NCBI RefSeq assembly: GCF_025526975.1
Contig: NW_026515670.1
Span: 248,001-312,000 of the forward strand
Length of the DNA stretch: 64,000 bases
From: Fimicolochytrium jonesii
Lineage: Eukaryota
Direction of reading: 5' to 3'
Under the pieces are notes generated by a model that was not told the DNA's origin, searched no databases, and saw nothing but the letters and a program-made list of their open reading frames with translations. Of this stretch, positions 13,422-26,800 are shown in pieces (position 1 is the first letter of the stretch; every line of letters starts with the position of its first letter). A program made the translations under genes and the position numbers.

Positions 13422-13964
13422 ATGACAAGTCTAACTTTCCTCCAAAGTGAGTTATACATCGTCTGTCTTTGGAGACCCCCCCCGTCGAAGTCCAACTGAC
13501 GAGCTCTCCCGCCCCAGAACAAGCAGAAGTTGAACGCCTCGCCGAAGACATCCTCATCGAAAAGCAGCTTGTAATCGATCTCGACCGGCGGCGAAACGAT
13601 AACCGCATGGCCCTGCGTTCCATCCAAAAAACCTCCTCCTCACAACCCGGTAACGTCCCCATCCCCCCTCCCATTTCCCATCTCATCATCCGTTCCCACT
13701 AACAACCCCCTAACAGACAAAAAAACCTACTTCTTTGCCGGAGGCCTTTTCATGAAACTGCCCACCTCCTCCGTCAGCACGCTCCTCACGGAGGACCAGA
13801 CGAACATTGATGGGGAGATCGGGCGGTTGAGGGAGAGTATGAAGGAGAAGGCGTCGCAGTTGGATGTGCTGGAGCGGGGTGGGGAGCGCGGGGAGGGGAG
13901 GATGAAGGGGTTTGGGTTGAAAGGGATGGGGAAGGACGAGTTGAGGAATATTGCGAGGCGGTGA
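13422..13964 (+). CDS. PDRG1: PDRG1-like prefoldin-family protein, 3 exons
   Basis: Spliced peptide MTSLTFLQK-QAEVERLAEDILIEKQLVIDLDRRRNDNRMALR...GGLFMKLP...DQTNIDGEIGRLR...MKGFGLKGM, recognised as the PDRG1 pattern. Confidence 0.8.
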
Positions 13965-14317
13965 TGATGGCGGAGAGTATCTAAAACCAACCCCGTCGAC
14001 TACGGCACTATATATTTCACACAAAAATACCCCATATGTACATACGTCCTCAGAGCACGTCTCCTAATCTCAAAACAAATGGAAAGGTGACAAGAAACCG
14101 GCCGCCCTCCTAACTATTCCCGTAATTCGAACCCTACGTCATCTGTTCTCTGACTGGCATATCCTACTCTTACTTTCCGTCTCGCTACTCGCCGACAGAA
14201 CCTCATCTCGGAGAAATGTTGCATGCTATGCGAGCTTAGCCTCTGTATCCTCCTTCCTTCTCACCACTTCGGTGCCACGATTCCCGCCCGCCCCCCTCCC
14301 TTCTCATCGAACCCCCC

Positions 14318-14992
14318 TCACTTCGAATTCGCATACTTCTTAACCCACTCCCTCACCGTCTTCTCAAACACCGGCCGGTCGGAATTATACACCTGCGCAA
14401 TCGACGACTGCAGCGCGTCCTCGGGCACCGGGTTTTGCAGAAGGTCCACGAGGGCTATCAGCACGTCGGCTATCTTGGTTGATGGTTTCCACACCTAAAG
14501 GAATGACCACAATTACATTAAGACACGGGGAGTCTGAGGAGGGTTGGGGGGAGCACATACCTCGGTTTTTAATAACCCGATACAGATGGTCCCGTCGTCG
14601 TCGACGTTCGGGTGGTAGATCTTGGTCGTGAACTTGATGGATGGGGGTTTGAAGGGGTAGTCTGGTGGGAACTCGATGGTGAGCTGGAATGTGCCGCCTT
14701 TATATGCGCTGGTGTCCTATTGATTAAGGAATATGGTGATTAGCTTTCCACACATGGGCGAAGGAAGGATGATGACGCGGTTTGGCCTTACGGGAGCGGT
14801 TAATGCGCCTTTCCAGTGCAGGATATCGTCATCGCTCACGGGCTGAGCGGAGGCGTTTAGGGGCGGGTTCTTGGCTAGGTCTACCAGTTCCTGATACGAG
14901 ACTTTTATGTCAGTTTGGGTCTCCGATAAGAGCGACGAAAGTGGTGCATGCAAGATGGGCTTACATACCTTTTGAATTCGGCGCAGGGCCAT
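14318..14992 (-). CDS. Ubiquitin-conjugating enzyme E2 (Ubc4/UBE2L3-like), 4 exons
   Basis: Peptides [33 protein letters not shown] (catalytic Cys), WKPST and EWVKKYA. Confidence 0.92.
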
Positions 14993-15247
14993 GGCTTGTT
15001 GTGGGCGTTGTAAGGGCGGAGAAAGGTGAGAGGGACAGCTGCTTGACGAGGAACAAGTACTACGCTTCCTTGCTGTGCTCTGCTCAGCCGATATCTGAAT
15101 GTGATTCTTGTGATTTGCGTTGTTTTTCCCAGGGGATGTTGATTCCATGACGCGCAACTCTTCCCTCGCATCACACGGTGCAGACGTCCACACGGTGCAG
15201 ATCCATGACCGCGACGGCACGAGCCTTTTCCGCATCCGCTGCATGAG

Positions 15248-15659
15248 GCGTCCCTCCTTCGAAACGGACGCCATCAACGCTAAACGCAAGCCTCCCCGCG
15301 AGTACGCCGTCGGCGCTTGGGTGTATGTTCACCGTAATGAACTCGATACGACCTACGTTTCGTCCCGCAAGTTAGTTAACCGCTGGACTGGGCCCTACCA
15401 AGTTTCCAAGGCATACCCCGGTGGCGCTTACCTCTTACTCGACGAAAACGGGAATCCAGCGTTCAATTCGCGCCCGGTGAACCACTTGCGCCTGGTTCCC
15501 GCTCGGATCCGCCCGGCTTGGCACGTTCCCGCGTTTAATGCGCCCTACAACACCCCCCTCCACGATGATCAAGAGGATCCACCCCCTCCCAACGCTACGC
15601 CAGAAGAGATCGACGCTACATCAGAAGATATTGGAGCCCACCAGTCCTACGGCGGTTGA
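15248..15659 (+). pseudogene. Relic of an LTR-retrotransposon integrase C-terminus
   Basis: YAVGAWVYV...KLVNRWTGPYQVSKAYPGGAYLL resembles the Ty3/Gypsy GPY/F module. No other element parts are adjacent. Confidence 0.7.
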
Positions 15660-15660
15660 A

Positions 15661-16976
15661 ATGGGACTTATACATGAAGATGGCGAAGATGAGGAGGGCG
15701 TTGCGGTGGACGACGAATCTGAAACTTTCGCGGGATTAGAAGATGAGGAAGTGGCACCGCCGGCATCCTTGATGATTGAAGAGGTGGATGTCGTTGCCAA
15801 ATTCCGCCAATTCCAGGAGACGATGGCCGACAAGAAATATTGGTATGTGCGATGGCCGGTCCTTTTCCCCCCGGTGCATTGGTACTGAGCCGATGGTCCA
15901 TAGTCAAAGTCTTTCTCAGGACAACATCGTTGACCTGACGGAAGGTAGCCGCTTCCTCAGTGACCTTGGCTCAAAAACAACCAAGGAATTGAAGACTTTC
16001 CTGCTGAACGGCGTCGATTTCCCTCAGGCGTTGAACTGGGAGAATGAGGAAGTGGGAGCCAACATGAGCCAAAAGTCAAGGGTTGCAAACTGACGAGCCT
16101 CCCACCATTTAGATCAGTCGATTAACAAGGGAATGCATGAAACCTTTGTGGGTGGCTGCTCTGGTCTATTCTGCGTGGTTCAGATTCACCTAAGATGTGC
16201 TTTTAGCAACATTGCATTTACCAGAGTCACAAATCCCCTTGCAAAAATTGGGGAGACAGAGTACACTACCGCGTACCTTTCGCCTTTCCTAAAAGCGCCA
16301 CTGGAAAGGTCTATGGAAGCATATTGCTACTGCGACGAGGAGTTCTCCGAAGCTACTATATGGCGAAAAAACCTGGATCTCGATGCGCTAACGGAGACCC
16401 AAAGGCGGGGTCACCGTGTGGACGGCATCATCCGGTGGTCTCCCGCCTGGGAACTAGGCATGCTGGAGACGTCCGGTGCGCCCTTGTCGGAAGACCGCAC
16501 GAAAACTGCAGCGGACCATTACAAACTTGCGCGAGAAATGAGTATGGATTCTTAGCAATGTTCTTGTATTAAACTGACTTGACCTTTCTCCTCAGTTGCG
16601 GGACGCGTACGCGTTCACAGTTCATACCCTCAAGCACGACCACTACCGATCACCAGATCCAACAAAGCTGGTCATCTGCGGATTCCAGGCAAGTGGCTTC
16701 AAGCTGCATCTCCGTGTTCTCCTGCGAATCCAAGGATTGTTCTGGTTGGTCCCGACAAAGACCGTCATGCTGCCGCAATCAACACAGCAACTAAAGCTGG
16801 CCTCAAGGGCACTTGCCGAAGTCTTGAAGATGCACCAGATGATCCGCCGAACCGGCGAGTACCTCAACAATTTGATCCTTGACGACTCGGACAGCGACGC
16901 CCCTGCTTCACTGGATATCAAAACGACATCCGCCACGCCTGCAAAGGCCAAAAAGCAAAAGGAGGCTGGGAAGTGA
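15661..16976 (+). CDS. Spliced hypothetical protein with a PD-(D/E)xK nuclease-like motif set
   Basis: GETEYTTAYLSPF...RRGHRVDGII...ELGMLETSG...KTAADHYKLAREM resembles the D...ExS/K REase-like families expanded in early-diverging fungi. Introns are present. Confidence 0.5.
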
Positions 16977-18920
16977 AGTTTGTTGTCTGACTTAAAGAAT
17001 AAGGGGAAGATCATGCTCCGGTCACATCACAACCGCCCGGTAACAACTGCCAGGTTAGGATCTGGGCGTGGACACACTAGGACTGACGGGCTCGCGACGC
17101 GCTTCTCCCCGAACCCTCCGAACCCTGACGCTCTCTGCTTCACTCCAACAGCCCAACCCGCCATCTTGCTGACGGCAGGTCCGCCCAGCTTGCAACGTCG
17201 GTTGTCGTCACGGGAAGCCCCGCCCAGCTTGCAACAAGTCCGACACTGTGCTTCTGTTTCACGTTGGGCATGGTGTCTCACATCTGATCTGATCCTACAA
17301 GGTGACCGTAGAGTTCTCTGTCCGACACAGCACGCGGAAACGCGTATTATCCTGCCGAGGTAAGCTATATGCACACTTTGCTGCTGTGCGTGCTGCAGCG
17401 GCAAGGTTGCTCAGCGGACTGGTTTCCAGCACTTTTTCACGCCTGAGACATTTCGTGATTTCGTCACAAGCAAGGATTTGGCACCGGAGACTTTAGTCAC
17501 GATCTTCGCCTCACTCGCCAAGGAACCCGGCATCGACAATGACATGCTTTTTTCGTTAACCGCAGCAAATCATAGAGATCGTTTCATCCGCGCCGTTAAA
17601 ACTGTGCAACTTGAAGCGCATCATGCTGGTGACAACTCTACGCGCAACTTGTTTCGAAGATTGGTACAAAATCTGGTAAGTGGCGGATTCCAGATTCTGG
17701 GCTCCGCCACTTACCAGATTTTGGGCTGTGCTAAGGCTGCAACAAATCGGGGCATCGGGTGAGGCTTGTTACCCTGCCGATGCACCGGGAGTACGTGCAA
17801 GAGTTTCATCCCTCGTTGGAGCTTGTTGTATGCTGCTGGACGAACTACGCACTGGTTGATCGGACAATGAGCATGCCTCGAATAGATGCATTGGATGCGG
17901 TTTGTTACCCTACCAATGCACGGGGATAGGTGCAGAACTTGTCATCCGCGTTGGAGGTGCCATTGATAGTCGTAGTCGGAACGGCCACCTAAGCTGTGGT
18001 AATTTTAACTCTTGCTTCAACGGGCTCGGACCACAATTTCTCGCTTTTCCAAAGGTATTACCATACCAAGTTAGACCATGGAGATGTGGGGCGACGGCTA
18101 TGGGAAGCTTATGGCAAAGGTTCGTCACTGTGCCTTGCTCTCCCTGCAACGAAGAACTCATCGCATCTTTCGGCGTTTCTCGGATGTGGAGCACCAGGAG
18201 CCTCTCATCTGCTATTCCAGGAAAGTGGCTTCAAGCTGCATCTCCGTATTCTCCTGCGATTCCAAGTATCGCTCGTCCAGTAGTGGAAAGCTCATTGATT
18301 TCCGCAATAGAATCATATACACCCCTGGCAGCGCAAGCAAAAGGAGACATGCCACCACATACACCGCAGAGCTGGAAACGACGAGACAGCAGTCGCAAGA
18401 AGAGCAAATGATGCTCATGAACAAGGCGATAGAGGCGAACAATCAGTGGGCAGAGCGTTTGGTCGCTGAGAATAAAGCTGCCACCGGACGAGTGCTCCGC
18501 CAAAAAGACGACGCGCACCGGGCTGGGGTATGCGTTTCCGTGTGCGGTTGATCCTGACAAAGTGCTCAGCCAGTGCAGACGAGTTATAGGAAAGGAGCTG
18601 TAGCTAGCTCGCACATTAGACGATGTTAGCATCCTCAACGACAGCGGATCACTATATCAAGAAGCAAGGGTTGGAGAATCAGCCTCGTGGTGTGGATTCT
18701 GGCGGAGTCCACGGATTGCTGTGACGTAAGCGTGTTCTTCGAATGCAAACCGTCAAAAGAGGTCAGTCGCAGACGGGCCCCTGTCAAACAGCCGCCGCAG
18801 AAAAAGGCGGAATCTGGCCGGTTTGCGAGAATCAACAGATTCCTAGCCTTCAATACTTTTACCTGTTGAGACTCAACCCACATTTTCTGGATCAACTGCA
18901 TTCATCTATCCTTTCCCAAC

Positions 18921-19508
18921 ATGAGCTTCAATCCGGAAACATCGCCTGTCCGCAACTACGACGTCAAGAACGAGCTCGACCGCCTGCGCCTGGGCGATGA
19001 CCGATCTCCGAACACCGGCCCAACCACGAATCTGGATGCCGGCGCCAGCAACTACCACGCAGTCTCAAGGACACAACCCCATGCACCACATTCCTACGGG
19101 ACCGTTGGGCAAGGCCTGACATCCTCTATGGGAGGCCAACCCAGCCAGGCTGCCCAAGCCGCCTACACCGCCCTCCAAAACGGCCCCCTCCACACGCCCC
19201 TCCCCGGCGGCCGCCAACCGTACTCCGGCCCCCTTCCCACCCCTCACAACCACTTCTACCACCACAAAAGCGACCCGAAAACCCAAACCGTAACCCTGAC
19301 CACAACCACCCAGCTTCCCCACAACGGCAGAGCGCTCGAGGCCACAGACACGTACAGCTACCGCCGCCCGGAGACGAGTAACGGGGAGTATGGAAATTTC
19401 CCGCGGCATGCGCATAAGGAGTGTTTGGTTAACCAGGGGGTGGGTAACCATTTTGGAAAGGTGGTGAGGAGCGGTGATAGGGTTGTGCCGTTGGGTGGTC
19501 CGGGGTAG
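18921..19508 (+). CDS. Hypothetical protein, 195 aa
   Basis: ATG-initiated ORF with the host-like C-rich to G-rich composition. No domain recognised. Confidence 0.5.
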   Translation: MSFNPETSPVRNYDVKNELDRLRLGDDRSPNTGPTTNLDAGASNYHAVSRTQPHAPHSYGTVGQGLTSSMGGQPSQAAQAAYTALQNGPLHTPLPGGRQPYSGPLPTPHNHFYHHKSDPKTQTVTLTTTTQLPHNGRALEATDTYSYRRPETSNGEYGNFPRHAHKECLVNQGVGNHFGKVVRSGDRVVPLGGPG

Positions 19509-19798
19509 GCGGCTCGGGGGCCCCGTCAGTTATAATTGTCTTTTCTGGTTTGTATTTTGCAGTCACTGATCATGCCTTTTCTCGGGTTTTTTTTTCGATT
19601 TGCAGGTCTGCTGAACAACGCCCTGGATTGGCACGCCATGGTGCGGGATTTGCGTGAATCCTCTCGCCATCGACCCTCACGGTCCCTTCCCTCGTAGTTG
19701 GCCCGGCGAAAGATGATCATTGCCAAAACTTATGTACACAGCCCTTCATATAAAGATATTCTCTAAACAAATACCAGACCCGTATCCCCCCTCATCAC

Positions 19799-22700
19799 TC
19801 AGGGCCCCCCACCCCCACCCGCCTCCTGCCCTCGTCCCGCCCTCGCACCCCCCGTAAACAAGTCCTTCTCCAACCCCTTCAACCTCCCCCAATCGGCTCT
19901 CATGCTCAAAAACGGGTGCAGCAGCTGCATCTCGATCCTGCTCAGATGCCCCTCGTTCATCACTGTCTTCAAGTTCTCCGGGCGCACGACGAACAGGTTG
20001 GCGAGCTCGCGGAGCATGTCGAAGCGCTCGGAGAGGAGGGGGATTGAGAGGGTGGTTATGGAGTGTTGGTAGGCGGCCATGTCGCTGTGGGAAGGGGGGG
20101 AGGTGTTTAATGGATGGGGGAGGGACCACTGATTTCGAGTGTGGGATCTGGATCTTACGTGAGGAGGATGAGACCACCGGCTTGACTGACGGTAAACTTC
20201 TTGAGATGGTCCAGCAGCAGACTAAAGTGGATAGCAAATCATCAGGTTAGCGCCGATCAAACCAAAGCAAGCCGTGCGGTTTGATTTAGTACCTTTGAAA
20301 CGAGATCCCAATCTCCGACAAGAAATTCTCCAGATTACTCCCGGCGAGACACGTCCCGCCGCGTTGATGCACGAGGGATAGAAAATCGCAGACTTGGATG
20401 CATGTCTAAGAAAAAACCAACAGATGGTATCAAAACACACCATTGGGGATCCAGAGTGAAGTCCCACCCACTGGTCGAACGAGAAAAAAACAACCAACTC
20501 ACGGGACTAGGCAAGATCTCCTGATCCCCCGCATCGTCCTTTGGTTTAAAATCGGTTTTCTTTTGTGTGCCGAGGAGCGTGCCGAGCCAGCCCACGATGG
20601 CTGGGTAACCATCAGAAAACAATGTCATTTAGCGAGCACAGAGCGCGCGGACGAAGGAAATGGGATGGGATGTGTTATTACCAGTGATTTGTTTCTGCAC
20701 AAGCACGTTCAACCGATGCTCGACGGTCGACATGAACGAGTTTTTGTAGACGACCATGTCGCGGTGGGCTGTTGGGGAGGCGGAGACTACTGGGGCCTTT
20801 CCAAAATGATAGGGGGTTAGAAATGTGCGCGGGACTTTGAATCTGATGGTGGGACTTACGATCGAGCTTTGGAAATGGAATTGCAGCAATTGGAGCACTT
20901 TCTGCGCGACTTGGACCATTGGTAGCTGCTCGAAGGTGGGCGGGAGGCGGGGGTCGCTGTATTGGAGGTCTTCTATCATCCTGCGGGTTTTTGGAAGATA
21001 GCGAGTTTGTCATGTGGATGGGGAGATGATGAAGGGGAGGAGGGAAGCCTACATGTCCAATGCCACGGCGAGGTATTTGACACCCACAGTCTCGACGAAC
21101 AGCTTGAAAAGCGTACTTCCATTCGCAGCCCTGCTCACCAACATACCATTTACTTCAATCAAGATGAAAAAGCGGGGCGGGAGTGCAAAATGAAGAACCA
21201 CCTACATGTCACTCATCTTCGTCAACTGCCCACACCTCGCCATCGCCTCCACATGCAGTTCCAGTAACCCCGTCATCATCTGCACGGAGGGTAAGCCCAT
21301 TTCTTCCGGGCTCATGCGTTCTGATGCGGGTTGCAAGCCGATGGTCTGCGCGACTTCTTGCCCGAGCACGTTCATGGTTGTGACGAACTTGGACATAATT
21401 GCTTCGGCGGAGGTTGGGGAGAGTTTTGTGGGGGAGGGGGGTGCGGCGCTGGAGGTGCTGGATTTGGTAACGGGTTTGCCGCGGGCGGTTTTGGAGCGTT
21501 GGATCTGGGGGAGAGAAATCTTGTCAACTTCGGTGGGTGCCGGTCAGGGATTGTCCGTATCAATGCACTCACAGTATACTCGTAGAACTTCCCCAGCGAC
21601 TCATTGAACAGCTCGGTCAAGCAATACTGCTCCGCTTCAATGTACTTATCCCCCTCGATATGCGGGACGAACAGATCGTCGAAGGATCGGTTGATTGCCG
21701 AGGTCAGCATCGGTTTGCCGCCTTTGTCGGCCACGATGCTTTCGTCCAATTTGTGCAGGTCGTTGGCGAGCGCTGATATTGTCTGGTGGGAGGTTGAGAG
21801 GGCGCGGAGGTAGGCGAGATGAGACTCTTCGTTGCCAAGTGAGACCACGTTCTCCAGTTGGGTTTGGATCTAGGTAGTGTTATCAGCCGTGTTAGCGTAT
21901 CGGTGCAATCGGTGAGTACCAGTATCATGGAAGGTGGTCTTACGGATTGAGCAAAGATCCTTTGAATGAACTGCTGCATGACTGTCTGCGGGTTGGGAAA
22001 GACGGCGCGGATGACCGCCCATTCCTCTTTACATGTTTTGCGGACTTCGTCGCATAGTGCGACCAGATCTGCCTGTTCTCTGCCGGACGTGAGTTAAGTC
22101 GAAAGAAGACGTGGAAGCCAACTACATCGATTTGACGGTGCCTGAACGTTCTGCGCTGTCTCACCTTGGGAGATCATCCACAACTTCTAGTTCTTTGACT
22201 TTGGCCCGATTCATGAAGAACTCGTGCTGGTTGACGTAGGCACGGATACACGACTCTCCTCCATTGAATTCTACCAGCGCACATGCGCATTCCTGCATAA
22301 CCGACCAACATCTGTTTAGCGTCGCGCGATTCAACGGCTTGGAAACTACCCATACATACGTTCATGACCCGTCTGTCAAAGTCCCGGTATGCGTCATCGA
22401 ACCGTTCGAGGAGCTCCTTTTCGAAATGTTCTGCGTAGCTTTCGATGTTGCTTCGTGCCTGTAGAGTAGGGGGGCTGTTTGAGTTGGGGTGAACTGATCC
22501 ATTTCATGTTCATCCGAGACTCACGGCCTCCGTCCCTGGAATATCAACTTCTTTTGCAACGGCGCTCAACCGGCGCACGATGGTGGCAGTCTGCAGACCG
22601 TCGGGAGTCAGTCTGGTGCAATGAGGGAGGATTTGAGCATGATGATTGTGACGCACCTTGAACTCTCCCTCCGCGCCTTCATCTTTGACATCGTCCAGAC

Positions 22701-23507
22701 GGCGGGTGTTTCCAGCGTTGAACTCTGCAAAGTATTGAATGAGATCCTTTGCTTCCGCTGCTCTCTGTCTTTGCTTGTCAATGGTCTCTAGCTGTTCTCC
22801 TGTGGATACATTGCGCAACCTTTTGTTAGGCTCATTTATCAGTTGAAGTACAAGTGCGATCAGCAACGGACACCAACCTATGCTGATGGCCGTCTTTCCC
22901 ACATTTCCGAGTCGTGATTCTAGCGACTCAAACGACACATGTGCTTCCTAAGAGTGGATCAATGAGCGATCCGTGTTGTATAGAACCTTATGATCCGACG
23001 AACCTGCATCGCCTCATCAATCTCATGCAGGCTCTTCCTGCGCGCCGACTCGGAAGCCTCGGCCTGATCTTCCAGATCTTCGATCTTGTTATGTATCTTT
23101 CGCTTGAGCCTTAGTAGTTCATCAATCGCAGCTTCGAAATTGCGAATGAAAGGTTTCGGATCGAACTCTGTAGGTGCATCAGAGTCATACATTAAATCAC
23201 TAGTACGGCTTCCTATCCGCCTTAGATCATACATACGGCGAGGCGTGGCTTGATTTTGGGTGAGGAGCTTTGACGACAGGGACTCGACAAACTCGATAGG
23301 CGCAAACTTTCCCTATAGCAAGATGCCAACAGGAGCGACATGAAATTGTGTCAGCAAGCAGTACTGCAGAGTTTCGCACGCATAGCTAGATCTCCTGACC
23401 TTGAAGTTTTCCAGCTTCACCAGCTCGCGAGGCGACTGTGAGTCCCCTGTCCCAACTTTGGACAAGCCCCCTTTTGCGGTACTGCCCGAACGCTGCCGAG
23501 TGGCCAT
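19799..23507 (-). CDS. SEC10: Exocyst complex component Sec10 (EXOC5), multi-exon
   Basis: Peptides FDPKPFIRNFEAAIDEL, GKTAISIGEQLETIDKQRQRA, VMQQFIQRIFAQS and ERFDMLRELANLFVVRPENLK. Confidence 0.92.
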
Positions 23508-23830
23508 ATCTCTATCTCTATGCATATGCTGTTTGCGCGTATGTTTCAAGTCGGGAGGAACGCCTTTCTGAAGCCGGTCGGGAAAGCCCATCGGACGCAA
23601 GCGTCACGCGTTCCTTTCCGCCCGAATTCCCACCTTGAAAGTTGAACCCCGGCGGCATTTGAGGGTTGGAATTCGGACATCCACTCACGAGAAGGTCGCT
23701 CCCTCGGGTACCTTAGTATATAAAGAGCCTCTGCGGATAGAAGTGAGGGGTCGGGAGGCAGTGGCCGTGGAAGGAGACGCTTTTGAGACACACCCATCTT
23801 GGCCTTTTCCCGCCCGCTCCGCTACTGAGA

Positions 23831-26800
23831 ATGTCATTCCTCTCAAACTTCGCCCGCTCTCGACCACCGCCAGAACCACAAAGTAATGGAGGACACCGTA
23901 GATCCTTCTCGACGCCCATGGATACGAAGGTGCAGGACCCGGGAATGGGAATGGGTGGAGGGAAGGAAATGAGGACCTCTCCGAGCGCCGACATCTTGAC
24001 AAACTTGACAACAAAGAAGACGGCTATGACGATAACTGAGAACCCACTGGAAGACGCTATACAGAACGAACACGTTTGGACGGTTAAGGATATTGGGAAT
24101 AATGCTATTTCTGTGAGTTGCGACCCCATTGCCCCGAAGGTGCAAGATTGCTGGAGGACTGTGCCGTAGGAGCAAAAATGCTTGCAGTCCCGAGCGATAG
24201 CGAGGAGAATGCTCGAGGTCTGGGAGCGACAGTGAGCGGCACCGCGACCCAGTGCGAAGTATGAGAGCCGCGAGCGAAGCGAGCGTTGGTCTTGAACTGC
24301 AACGAGGGACAGCGAAGCGCGAGGGAAGCCAGCCACATTGCCCAATACTTCCTTTAACTGAGGCTCTTAGCGAGCATCAACGAGCGTCAGATCTTTTAGC
24401 GAGCGAAGCGAGCTACGCTCCTGCCCGTCGCCGCCCAACCTCCTCTTCGCGAGCGGAGCGAGCAGGGTATCGTTTGTTGATGATTGATGGATTAACGGGT
24501 CGATGAAGGTTGATGAAGGGTCGATGATGGTCGTTGTGGTTGATGGTTGATGGATGATGGTCGATGGTGGTTGATCGTTGATGGACGGTTGTTGATGGTT
24601 GGTTGATGCTTGATGGATGAAGGATGAGTTGATGATGGTTGATAATTGATGGTTGATGTTCATGGATGTTGATTGTTGATGGTGCACTCACACTCACTCC
24701 GTTCCCACCTTTTCGTAGGGAATCATAAATGACCCTCATGACCAAGGGAAAGGTGGCGGGTCGAAAGTGCTAAAGGCGATATCATTGGGCGAAAGCTCAC
24801 CAGCGCCGCCACCAACGAGCATCCGAAAGATCCAGAACAACGAGTTTGACCCTTACATCAAGTCCCTCGGAGACGTCTATAACAAATACCAGCTGAACAG
24901 AGCTCTAGGGTTGCAAAACGCCATAGAAGGAACTCCAATCCTCAGTCTTGGAATGGATGCAGCGTCCCCGTCTTTCGCCAACTTGGACGAGATCACGTCA
25001 CGGCTGGGCCTCGCTCCAGCGGGAAAGAAAGGCCAACCTGCGGGAAGCCCCAGCCGTCCAAACCTCCGTCCATCAAACGCACCTGCGCTGGAAACGGTAC
25101 CAAAGATCTTCATGGAGTCTGACTTTACACTCAGCAACCCACATACCTTTGCAGTCGTGTGTGAGAATGGGGACATCACCTCGCCTACGAATGCGGGCTC
25201 GACCACGACCAATGGCATTTTACAGGAGAAACTCTCCCACTATCTAGATACCGTGGAAGTGCATCTCCTCCGCGAAATCTCGCGACGTTCGTCCTCCTTC
25301 TTTGCGGCGTTGGCAAACCTACAAGCACTCCATCAGGAGACGCAGTCCTGCGTAGCACAGATTGGGGCCCTGCGGAAGAAGCTGAGCAACGTCAGTCGCA
25401 CCAACGCGAAGCAAGGGGTGGAGGTGGTACGCCTGAAGAGGCGGCGAGGGAACATTGGGGTATTGTACGGGGTAGTTACCCTCGTAGCCGAGGTACGGCA
25501 AACGCAGCCAATGATACAGCTCTTGCTGGAACAGAGGGACTACGTGGCAGCGTTGGATATGATCGAGCATACAAGCACGATCTTACGAGGCTCAGATGCC
25601 GGCCGTAAAGGTGCCGAAGAAGGCATAGAGCGCTCAAACCTCACCGAGGGCGTGCAACTAGTCCGTCGCTCCTCCGTCGTCTCCCAGAACCTAGACCTGA
25701 GACGCGTCCGAGCACTAGGAAGCTTCAGCGCCCAACTCCTCAGCCTATCCCGGACGATTGGCGCAACCATGGAAGCCGAGCTTGTAAATATCATTCTCTC
25801 CGATGTTCAAGAAACGATAGCCACGATGGACGCGTCAAAGACGTCGGCGCGGATCAGAGGCGCGCCGGCAGCTACGTGGGTGAAGAATATGTTGAATAGC
25901 ACGTATTCGTATTCCGTCGGCACACCTGTGGCGACGACGATTGATACGGCGTTCATTGCGGGGGAGGAGCGGCTCAAGACAAGGCTGTTGCCGCTGGTAT
26001 TAGGGCTGCTACGGATGGATAGGTTGGGGAGCGCTATGCAGTCGTATAAGGACGCTCTGCATAAGGAAATCAAACTTTTGTCGAAGAAGGTAAAGCGTAG
26101 TTTCACCTCCGCGTGTCGTATCGTGGCGAGCTGTCAAGACTGACATGGTCGGGTTTCCGATATGAAGTACTATCCGTCAACCGCAGGGCAGGATGTGCTA
26201 GGCATGTCTCCCGTGACCCCATTTTCCCCAAACTCCGACAAGAACCCACAGCAGAGGTAATGGACCCATGATTGTGTCATTTTCGCAACCCACAACTAAA
26301 ACCCCAGTTTCCCCACCAGTGCTCTCGCCCGACTGCTCCGCTCCCTCTCCTTCGAAGCATTCTATGACCTCCTCCTCATGGTCTACATCTCCCTCCTGCA
26401 CGTCATCCAACGGGTCAGCATAGCCCACGAAATAATCGTGCAGATCGTGAAAGAGGCCCAGGACCGCGGCGTCGTCATCGGAGCAGACAGCGCGAAAGGC
26501 CTCGACCTCCAATCCGCCGACACGCCTCCGACCCACCCCAACAAACTCCGGAAGAACCTCAGCGAGGATGAGGACGAGTTGGGCTCCACCGCCACGCTCG
26601 ACATCGATAACCCTGCACTCGGGATGGGCAGCGACCCGAGAGACGCGTTAACCCAGTCGACGGATGTCTTGGACGCTGGCACCTCGTCAACGTACGGGCA
26701 GATCATATCGGAATCGTCCGACGTGTTGTTCTCCGCGTGTGATCTGACCCATGCGCGGTGCGCGAAACTGATTGGCGTGCGGTCGGATCAGAACGCGCAG

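Noticed and set aside
24367..24745. ORFs 24367..24687 and 24413..24745 (H/Q/S/T/I/N-rich)
   Set aside because: Translations of an intronic low-complexity tract.
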